DNA from: Convolutriloba macropyga
Taxonomy: Eukaryota
Direction: 5' to 3'
NCBI RefSeq assembly: GCF_964194025.1
Contig: NC_134468.1
Span: 7,192,001 to 7,256,000 of the forward strand
DNA length: 64,000 bases
Part shown: piece by piece, positions 13,715 to 24,041 of the stretch
Layout of the letters: the number at the start of each line of letters is the position of its first letter
Numbering within the stretch: the first letter of the stretch is position 1
The notes under the pieces: model-generated
The model's input: the letters and a program-made list of their open reading frames with translations, nothing else
The model's database searches: none
What the model was told of the DNA's origin: nothing
Translations under genes and position numbers: made by a program

Positions 13715-14432
13715 TTTATTCGGCTTGCGAAAGTTCATAACCCAACAGGTTATGGGCCCGGCAATTTTCTAAGTCATTAAACTAATTTATAAAACAAAAC
13801 TAGTTTGTTGTTGACAGTCACAATCCTTTTCTGCTTAGTACCTTTTCTTTTCACAACTGTTTTGCCTGCTCCAACTACGATTGATCAACAGACAGTGAAG
13901 CTGCTGACCTACACAGGAAAGGCACAGGAACTTCCAATCTGGAGCACATGATTTGTGGCAATGATGCAGACGAAGGGACTCTACAAATCACTACTGGAGA
14001 CAAAAGAGCAACCCAATGAGCCTGCTCCACTGGTCAATGGGGCAACCAATGATGAAAAGAAGAACCACAAGGTGCTGAAAGATGGATATGAGAAGGAAGT
14101 TGCAGACATCAAGGAGAAACGAAACAATATGTGATGGCATCTGGCACTGATTCTGGATGCAGCAACCCTCATGCTGATGAGAAATGACTGTATGTTAGAT
14201 GATGGCATTGGAGATGAAGCAAAGGCTTGGAAGCTTTTGCAATAGATATTTCAGAGTATGGAGACGCCGACAGTGGTGACTTTGGTGGCACAGCTTGCTC
14301 GAATGCAGGTCGAGGATGATGAGGATTTGGATAGCTTCTTCATCAGAGGACAGGAGTTGCTCAAAAGGCTACAAGAAGCAGGGGAAGCAGTCTCAGAGAC
14401 ACTCTTCAACGCCCTGGTCCTCAATGGTCTGC
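13715..14432 (+). mobile_element. Ty1/copia 5' fragment: LTR end, PBS, decayed gag
   Basis: The LTR end ..CCCAACA (13747) is followed directly by GGTTATGGGCCC (13748-13759), the copia half-tRNAiMet PBS. Gag reads AKAWKLL..LARMQVEDDEDLDSFFIRGQELLKRLQEAGEAVSETLFNALVLNGL (UBN2-like). Confidence 0.9.
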
Positions 14433-14440
14433 GAATGGTC

Positions 14441-15193
14441 CTCTGAGACTGCTTCCCCTGCTTCTTGTAGCCTTTTGAGCAACTCCTGTCCTCTGATGAA
14501 GAAGCTATCCAAATCCTCATCATCCTCGACCTGCATTCGAGCAAGCTGTGCCAACAAAGTCACCGCTGTCAGCGTCTCCATACTCTGAAATATCTATTGC
14601 AAAAGCTTCCAAGCCTTTGCTCCATCTCCAATGCCATCATCTACCATACAGTCATTTCTCATCAGCATGAGGGTTGCTGCATCCAGAGTCAGTGCCAGAT
14701 GCCATCACATATTGTTTCGTTTCTCCTTGATGTCTGCAACTTCCTTCTCATATCCATCTTTCAGCACCTTGTGGTTCTTCTTTTCATCATTGGTTGCCCC
14801 ATTGACCAGTGGAGCAGGCTCATTGGGTTGCTCTTTTGTCTCCAGTAGTGATTTGTAGAGTCCCTTCGTCTGCATCATTGCCTACAAATCATGTGCTCCA
14901 GATTGGAAATTCCTGTGCCTTTCCTGTGTAGGTCAGCAGCTTCACTGTCTGTTGATCCATCGTAGTTTGAGCAGGCAAAACAGTTGTGAAAAGAAAAGGT
15001 ACTAAGCAGAAAAGGATTGTGACTGTCAACAACAAACCAGTTTTTTTCTATAAATTAGTTTAATGACTTAGAAAATTGCCGGGCCCATAACCTGTTGGGT
15101 TATGAACTTTCGCAAGCCGAATAAAAAGCGTTTTTAACTAAGTGAAAGAATTAATTTGTCAAAATGAGAGAAAAACAAGAATGGTATTTAACA
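14441..15193 (-). mobile_element. Mirror copia fragment with a probably complete short LTR (15093-15193)
   Basis: PBS at 15081-15092; a 101-bp segment bounded by TGTT..AACA; gypsy env-like sequence resumes beyond 15193. Confidence 0.85.
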
Positions 15194-18100
15194 GTAGAAT
15201 TTAGAGATTTACCGGAGAGATCTGATTAATAGATCAAAATGGTGATTTGAATTTGTGGATGAAAAAGGACTCAAAGATCAGCCGTATATATATCCAGTCT
15301 CAGTGTGAAAAAGTCAAGATACAAAACTAATCTTAGCACCCTGATTTATAGTGGGGGTTGCAAGGGTTACCCAATATGGTTTGCTTCTACAAATCAGTCG
15401 CAAAGGGAACCATAAAGGGAAAGCATTCGCACTTTTCTAAGAATTCATTCACACTTCCGGAGATATCATAATCATTCGATACATGCTGGGAAGATTTTAC
15501 ATCAATTAATCTAACTCTAATAATAATTATCTAGAATCATCAGTTTGAACCGAGTATTGATTCACAGCACCATTTCTTGAAGATTCATTTATATCAGTAT
15601 TGGTGACTTGAATCAATTTGCCTCTGTCAGGTTAATTTGGTAAGTTAAACTTTCTAATAATACTAAGTTTAAGCCTTTAACTCGAATCAAAATTCTAACA
15701 CTTATGAACATATAAAACAGATCCTGCTCTTTAAACGTGAGTTCCTTTCTCGAAGAGCGTTGCTGATGGACGGAGAGTCTTTTTTGATATTTTAATCGTT
15801 ATTTGAATTTTCAGTCGTTGAATTTTGCATTGGAGAGTTCTAATTTCCATTTAAAATGGTTTCTTTTTTTTGAAATTTTTAGAAGTTCGAATTTCGAGGT
15901 GCCAATAACGCTTCAAAGAAACATTTCCATGGTTATTTTTGAGATTACGAGTTTTCAGTTCTGAACTTTCCTCAGAGTAAAAAACACCTGGGTTTCCGGT
16001 TGTATTTCCCTGCTGTCCACGCAAACTAATATCTTTTTTCTCTAAGACTTCTAATGCAATATCTTCAAAATTGTTTTCAGATACAGTTTTTCCGCTGATA
16101 AAAGTCATCTTGTTGTTTTCAAATATTTTTGCAGGGTACTCCTTATTAAAGTCTTTGATCGTTTGACATGTTTGCTCACCTTGATTTTCAAAAAATAGTT
16201 TGCTAAGTCGTCTTTAAAATATGTGGTTTTGATGAACACGACTTTCGAGAAACCAAGGGAATCCTTAAAATTTAATAGGCTTCCCTATAGCAGATTTCCC
16301 TAAAATGCTCCGATTTAAATTTTTGCATTATTTACCAAATTTCCAATAAGTTTTTCTGTTGTAGGTGAAAACCAATCTACGGGATCCGCATACACACCGC
16401 CTTTGCGCCGATTTTCTGCCATGAAGCTTTAACTATGCTCTTCAGCATAAATGGTTTCGCTGGCCTGTCATAATTTTTTTTCACATACTGACCTGTTGAC
16501 ATTAAAAGTCCTATCTCCAAAACCTGTTTAGTAGGCTTGAATTTTCTATGAGAAAAATTCTACATCGTCATATACGTTGTTTTTTTAAGTGCAGACACTG
16601 TATATGCCTCTTCATAAATGCAAGATTTTAGTTTTATCTCAGTTTGAACCTCAGCATATATCAAACTACCTTTTTCTATTGTTCTCGATACTCGAAGTGT
16701 GTTATCACAGTTTCTACTGTGATCTAGCGAATAGATCTTTGCTGATACGATATTGTCAAAATGATACCCGCATAACTTGATACAAGGTGAAGGACGAGCA
16801 AAAATGGCTAGCAATGCCAGATGCAAACATAGTGATACTCCATCACACGACGCTCCGGACAAATTTGCCTTTCTTTTTGATTACATTCTTTCTTTCCGAA
16901 TTTTCCTCAAACAAAAACATTATCAGTTTCCTGACTGCTAAATTGCTCTTCATCTTGCTCAGTAAAGTAATTCTTCAATTTCTCAGGAACCGATTTTAAT
17001 CGGCTGCTAGACTTTTGCCATTTTTGGTGCCTTGGGATCACTGTTAACCTTTTCTGTAGTACTTTTTGTTTCACTACTAGCTTCATGTGCCTTTTTTCTG
17101 GTTTTGGAAATTTCTTTTCTGCTGCTTTTTTTCCACTGTATTCTGTAGTTTTTGAATTAGTCTCTATTTTCTTGCCCTTTAGATGTTTCTTGCCCTTATT
17201 CTTTAGCTTCATTCTCAGACGTGTCTTTTGTTTCATTTAGTGAATCGTTAACATCCTCAGCTTTAAATTGATTTTTTGTGCTAAATTACTTTCACCGACT
17301 GTGGATCATTTTATTTCGATTATGTCATCATCGTCTGAAGTGTTGAAATGAGTAGTCTTCTCTTCCTTAACTTTTGTTTTTCGTTTCGACTTAAGCTCAA
17401 GCGTGAATGGCTGTTCTCGTGTTTTATATTTTTTCAGTCGGTCATAATGGACCTTAAGCTTTCTTCGTCTTCTTTTCGTCTACCTTGAAATTCAAATAGT
17501 TTATAAAATCAACTTTTGTGTATCGTCCTAAATAGAAGGAAGTAAATTTTCTCGTTTCTCTTTATTATTAATGTTGTGTTGAAAAGTGACACGTCTTCTC
17601 CCACTTTATAGCTAGGTCCATACTTACTACAATCATAAACGGTTTTCTGGCGTTCTTGTTCGGTATCCAAAAACTCTAGCATCAACTGGTGCGTTTACTG
17701 TGGTTTCTGACTCATTGTGAAAACATAATCACTTGGTGTTGCATATATTGCGGTCTGTGGTGTGTAATACATGCAGTTTATAGGTAGCGACAGTGGAGAG
17801 CCCAGAACCACATACGCTGGGCTGTAAATTGTTAAACTATGGATTGATGGTCGATAGGTCATCATCGCTATGGGTAGAAATTTTGGTCCGCTCAGGCGAA
17901 TATTGGCCTATAAATTTAGAGAGACGTTCTACTATTGTTAGAATTTTCTATCCATCATTGCGTACTCTTGTGGGCTTCAGGATGTTGTTGATGTCCTCTA
18001 AATTCCTCGTTCACTGCAAAGACTGCGAAATCATTTCCACAAAAACTTCGAACTTCGATCACTGTGTAGGTTGACTGGAAAGCCGAAACTCACTATCCAG

Positions 18101-21100
18101 TGTTCAACAAACGCTCTTGACACGGTTTTTGCCTTTTGTTTGACTAATGCTACGTTTTCGTACCAGTCACTGAATTAATTAACAATAAGCAAAACGTACT
18201 TGTTTCCCTGATAATCGGGAAGTGGACCCATGATATCAAAAGATACTTGCCAAAAGGAATGACTAAGTTTTTTTTGCGAGTGAAAGCCGATGTTTCTGTT
18301 TAGTGCATTTTCTTTATAAGCACACGTCACAGCTTTCTGTCCAGTTCCTTGCGTCTCATCTCATTCACGGCCAAAAAAATCTTTCAGATGCCCTTCGGCA
18401 TGTTTTCTCAATTCCAAAGTGACCTGCGCTAGGAGAGTCATGCAACAGCTGAAGCACGTTGGACACTATTTCCCATGATACAAGCATTTGGTAAACAGTC
18501 CCAAAGTTGGGTTCTGTTTGGTGTTTACGAAACAAAATCAATTCTTTGAGACAAAGATTTGTGTACTGAACCCCGTATTTCCATAACTCCTTTGATGCTC
18601 CATTTTTCATCTGCCATGGCTCCGGTCTTTTTTGTTTAGTACCCAGGAGTATAGTTTTCAATTTTCAAATTCGACTATCATAGTCGGTTTTGTCTTGCTC
18701 TGCGTCCTTCGTAATCGGGTTAACGAAATCTGTCTGCTAATCAACTTCTGTATTTATCCGCGACAGACAGTTAGCGTGTGGGACTTTTTTGCCTGCTCTG
18801 TGCTTGATTGTTGCGTAAAGGGCCGAGTGCAAATAATTCCCTTCTTTAAATAACAAATAAAAACCTTCTTTAGCTCGGTTGCCACACTTTTGCATTCTGT
18901 GTTCCATTTAAGTTTAATTGACTCATTCAGTAACCTGTAAATAGGTCCTGCTGTTTTCCGAAACCCTGAATAATTTTTCGATATAGCCCACAAGGCCTAG
19001 AAAGGCCTTGACGTCTCTCAGTGAGGATGGTTCTTTCATTCTTTCTATCGCTCTTAAGTTCTCGGGGTCGACCTCCACTCCACTCTCGAATATAATGTGC
19101 CCAAAGAAGCTGACACGCTTTGAAAAAAATTGCATTTGGTTCCATTAATCTTTAATCCATTCAACGTTAAACGTTGGAAAACCCGTTCTAACCGTTTCAG
19201 GTGTTTGTCGAAATTTCTGGCGAAAACGATAACGTCATCTAGATACACTAGAGCATTTCGTAAGAGAGGCCAGCAAAAAGTAACTCCATTAGGTTTTAAA
19301 AAACTCCCAGTCTAGATGCCAGTCCGATAGGAAGTTTTATCCACATATACAGGCCCAGAGGCGTTTTGAAAGTTGTTAAATTCTGACTCTCTTCCTCGAG
19401 CGCCTTCTGAAAGTATCTGGACAATAGTTCAATGTTCAAGAAGTACATGTTTCTCTCCAAGGAATCAATAACCTCCTTACTTCGTGGTAAAGGCCAGAAT
19501 GTTTTCTCGATTTGTTTGTTCAGAACAAGGTAGTCTAAAACCAAGCGACAGGTTCCATTTTTTTGGTAGGTACAAGAAATAGTGACGCTGCCCAATCGGA
19601 ATGTGTTGTTTTAACTAAGTCCTCTCGTTCCAAGTCTTCAACAACTCTTTCGATGGCTTTTTTTTTCAAGACTCAAGCTGCTTTATGTACGACTGAATGG
19701 CATAGCATCCTTTTTTAGTTTTATTTTATGATAATTTAGTCGCAAAATCCCGTATCATAAGAACTTCGCCAAAATATTATTTCATAATTTGCGCAAAATG
19801 ACCTCATTTTTGACATTTCCTCAAAGACAAACTGATTGAACTTCCGTTCACATTCTTTTCAAGTTCAAATTCATCTGTATCTTTTGGATTTGGGGGGGTT
19901 TATTTTCAAGTATTCTTTAAATTTTTTCAATGTTTTCCTTACATTCGATTGTAGCATTTATCTAATTTTTTTAATATAGAGTTTGGAACACAAACCCACA
20001 CGACATCATCAATCATGTAACTTAGCAATCTCGTTATCAATATATGTGACTTGTCTTTAAACTCTTTAATTGGCTGGACTATAATTTCTATTTGTTGTAT
20101 TTTGTTACCTTCTTCATTGATGATTTTGCCTTTAATGAAACCTTTGAAGCGACGAGGTAAATCGTGATCCTCTGCAACAATTGAAAACAAATTCTTATTT
20201 TTTCGTTGTGATGGGGACAGTCGTAATCTTTTACCAATTTTCCTGCAAAGGAGTTCTTTCTTACTGTGGTTTAAGATACAATCAAAATTAAATAAGTATT
20301 CCATGCAAGATGAAGAAAGCGTTGTCTATATTTTATATTTTCTAGCTCTTTCTAGTGCCCTCCCAAAGTGTACGATAGAAATCAATAGTCAACTTTTGTG
20401 GCCTTAACGCAAAATAATCGGCCGCTCATCAATTTCACTTACTGTTTTTTTTTGCCACTTCTGAAGTTGTGACAAAAACTGAAAAAGTGCAACATAACTA
20501 TCGAAATCAATTGAACCCTTAAAAGGCTCTAGTAAAAGCGTTTTTGAAGAGTGGCGCGCCATCCGTGTTTTATGAAAAAGTTGCTGTTATTCAACATATT
20601 TCAATATATTAGTTCAAAACCCTACCTACTTTTGTTGATTCTCTAACACAGCAGCCCTTAAATCTTATTGACACTGTATTTCTTTAAAACAAAACAAAAA
20701 ACTCGAGGTTCATTGGTATATTTGTAAGTCAAATTTTGTCGAATTTAAATACGCTTGATTTTGAACCCTAGTTTATTATCGAAAAAAGATATACGACCCG
20801 ATTTCCACTACTCGAAAATTTAGGGAGTTCTCAATTGAAAGTTCCGAGATGGCAGTGTTCCCGTCGAATCCCGACACCAGTTCGAAATTCATCTTTCGGG
20901 TTGTGATGTTAAGACGGCAGACTCGTGTCAAAAGTTGGTTTTGGACGGCAAACAAAAAATAGATTTCTTTTAGAAATCTGTACGACGCTCAATATTATTG
21001 GGTGGTGGTTTCCTATTTACTTTTAACCTCTGTCGCCACTATAGTAGCTGCACGTGCGCAATACTCTATGACTTTGGCTAATTGAGCGTGGTACATGTTT

Positions 21101-21428
21101 AAAATGCAAAGTAGGAAGTTAAATTATTAAGTAGATCAATGTGAAGAAAATTTGATTTAAATAAAATATGAATTATTAGAGTGGTTAGCTCTGATAGTGG
21201 TTTTGATGTTCAATGAATGAATTTAATCCTCGCTTTAGTCGGCACCCAATATCAGTTCTATCATCGTGGTAATTTAACCATGCTTTTTCTGATCAAATGT
21301 TTATTTTCTTTTCCGACACCTATCAAATATTTGTCAGCCATCAATCAGGTAATAAATCTCGTCTTAAATTAAATCTTTAAATTTGAAACCCAAGGTTTTT
21401 AGTACATCTTTTTTATATACGCGTGACA
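15194..21428 (-). mobile_element. Mirror copy of the gypsy element; keeps about 1.1 kb more of the env-like region and lacks about 136 bp of RNase H
   Basis: Mirrored ORFs (19296-19595 RT, 19054-19248 YLDD, 18365-18661 IN); PBS at 21027-21038. Confidence 0.93.
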
Positions 21429-21899
21429 CTCAAGCTATCATATCTAAGAACAAAAATCAGCTTTGCTCTTCTGAGGAGTTCCATCCTCTGCATTCGTGGG
21501 TCAAGGACGCTTAGGCGTTGCGAAATTGTTGAAGCTTCGATGGGAGCTGTGGTTGAAGAAGGGAGGCTATTAGTTTGAAGAAGGGAGACTGTTAGTTTGT
21601 TTTCTAATGCTGTCTTTCATTTTATTTTATCAGTTGATGTTTTTAATATCACTTTATTGATAGATTTTAACAATACAAAATGCTCTATGAAAACGTAGTG
21701 CTGGGAGGGCCCCGGACCAGCCAAAAATCACCCAGTGTTTGGGAGGCGAATTTCTTAATTTACCTTTTTTTTGTCATTGTTGATCATTCTTTCTGTCTTC
21801 TAACTCGTGCATCGGAATCTTTCTGTGTTCTGCTTATGCTTCTTCCTGAGTCATATATATTTTTTATCCATAAGTCATATTTATTTCCTGAGTCATATT
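21429..21899 (+). mobile_element. Mirror copy of the CRE-like 3' end
   Basis: RTKISFALLRSSILCIRGSR at about 21447-21507; stop at 21576-21578. Confidence 0.7.
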
Positions 21900-23070
21900 T
21901 ATTTTAAAATTTGCAAACTCAATACATAACAACCTGCAATTGGTATCAAAAACCAGCTGACACTGGAAAAATACTGAATTTTCGCAGCTGTGCACCGCTT
22001 CAGCATAAGAAAAATGTGATTCAAGGGGCGGTTCACAGGGTTTTTAATGCAACCTCTAATTGGTTGGCCTTCGATCACGCTCTTGAAAAGAACAAAACTT
22101 GCTGGACCCAATATCAACATCCAGAGGAATGGTCTTCAAAAATAGTGAATCAGACTCTAGAAAAGATAATAAGTGGCGGTAAAGACCAATTAAGAACAAC
22201 GCCAAAAGAGCATCAAAAAAGAAAGACTAAACCTGTTGATAAGCCAACTATTTTTCTACAATACAGAGGCAACCTTACTCAAAACTTTGCAAGCAAACTG
22301 AAGAAACTATACGAATTGCAAGTAGTTTTTACAACGCGGAAATTAAGATCGTGCCTCCCCACCCTGAAATCATCTTTCGATAGAGACCTGAAATCCCACG
22401 TGGTATATGAGATTAAATGTAATGGATGCGGATCCATCTATGTTGGGCAACCAAGCCGGCATGTTACCACAAGGATAACAGAAAATCAAAAGAAGGATGC
22501 ACAGGTGGGTCAACATCCGGTTGAATGTCGTGGCGCTACGAATGTCATTGAAAATTCTGGATGCCTGTCGGACAGTAGAAAAACTAATGATTATCGAAGC
22601 TATATATATCAGCAAGCTGAAGCCGGCACTAAACACACGCGATGAATATAGGGGGAGGGAACTCACGCTAAAATGTTAGTTCAAATCATAATTTTGACTA
22701 AATGAGAATACATAGGGCAAAAAACATTTTGTGCATGACAAAACGAAATTTGCAAAACCTCCACAAGAGGGATACTTATGATTAGGGCAAATTCGGAATA
22801 ACCCTAAAAATACAAGAACGTGGCCAAAATCGAAAAATCCGGAATAGGAATGTTTTTAAATAAATTGATAACAGATGTAAATATGAGTTGTAAAAAGGCT
22901 AAATATTGTATATACGGAAAAATTTTCGATTGATTTTGTAGAATAGTTCCTAGAATTGTTTTAATTGTCGTCTCAGACAAATTTAAATACATATTCATTT
23001 TATCTTTTACCAATTTGTAAAACAGTTTTAACCTGACGATGAACGTAAAGTTCGAAAACGTTTGTTTTAA
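21900..23070 (+). mobile_element. Mirror copy of the Penelope-like element (lacks the 89 bp equivalent to 7822-7910)
   Basis: ORFs 21911-22645 and 22497-22679 mirror 7115-7888 and 7081-7263. Confidence 0.9.
23033..23063 (+). ncRNA. Degenerate minimal hammerhead ribozyme motif in the Penelope pseudo-LTR (mirror copy at 6697-6727, minus strand)
   Basis: CTGACGA-t-GAAC(gtaaa)GTTC-GAAA-acgtt gives the core boxes, stem II and a palindromic stem III, about 350 bp after the PLE stop codon. Stem I and the cleavage triplet are imperfect. Confidence 0.6.
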
Positions 23071-23679
23071 ATATTGGAAATAAATTTAAGTTTGACAAAT
23101 TGGTTTCCTTTACATTTTTATTTTGTTTCTGACGCTGACTACTCATTTTGTTTACTTAAACATAATAGTTGGCTTCACGTCACTGGGTTGAGGTTTTTTA
23201 ATTTAATGATCTATCTTACCCCAGCCACAAGGAGCTTCATATATCATAATCGGGTGGATATGGCTATCGGAGGGCCATATATTGTAACAGGGGTGTAAAT
23301 TTACATTTGAGATCTTAAAGCTGATGAAAAACTGTGCACATTAACGTTAACCAAGCTGTTTTCGCAGTACTTTCTGAGCCCAGTAAATGCACTGACGTTA
23401 AAAATGCAGGAATAAATACGCACTGACGTTGAACATGTCGAAAAACCTCTAAAAATTGATTAAACAATGGAGAGTGTGACCTTCTGTGGGTAAAAGTAAT
23501 ACCCAGAATTTCCGATTTTTTACTCATTTGAGCTTTTCCTTGGGGATCATGTATTTTTATTGTTTAGCTTTGATCTAGAGAATCATCCTTTCAGTGAATC
23601 ATAGATGGCTGCTCAGTTCTTCGTTCATGAAAGCAGTTTAATAACCGCATGTATAAGGTCAGCATGATAAGGCAGAAGA

Positions 23680-24041
23680 ATGGGCAACAGATATGGTCGA
23701 GATAAAACTGCTAAGAATCAGCGACTCCAAGTTGATGAATTGGTCTGCCCTATTTGCTTTGCCTCCTATAACTTACTGTGCCTTCATTGTGGTCATTTTT
23801 TCTGCTTGAATTGCTTAGAAGTTTTAATTCAGAGGTATGTTGTTGATAAATTTGAATTCGTAAAACAAGTTAAAATTTCCATTAAATTTGATTGCTTTAG
23901 ACATGGAGGCGTGATCTGCCCGTTTGATAGAAAAGCAGAACCAAGACCGCTTTCAGTGTTGCCTGCATTAGAAGAATGTGACTTGAACAAAATCGACCTT
24001 GTGCTGTACGAGGAGCTGCTGCGGTTCCCTCATTTTAAAAA
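23680..24041 (+). CDS. Exons 1-2: RING-HC zinc finger (66-bp in-frame intron at 23835-23900)
   Basis: CPIC..CGHFFCLNC..CPFD motif. The intron gtatgt...tttag removes an AT-rich stretch and restores RING spacing. Donor gttagt at 24042. Confidence 0.85.

Larger units (their letters stand above)
1..14398. repeat. Left arm of a giant inverted duplication (palindrome); continues beyond the window start
   Basis: Position 1 onward is the reverse complement of 29902 backward. ORF pairs mirror each other (717/28921, 5703/23680, 7094/22370, 9546/19939, 12753/16907). The arm ends at tctcagag (14391-14398), which pairs with ctctgaga (14441-14448). Confidence 0.98.

Noticed and set aside
14251-14588. Overlapping ORFs crossing the palindrome centre as new chimeric genes
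   Set aside because: They are by-products of the fold-back of a dead copia gag whose upstream frame has stops.
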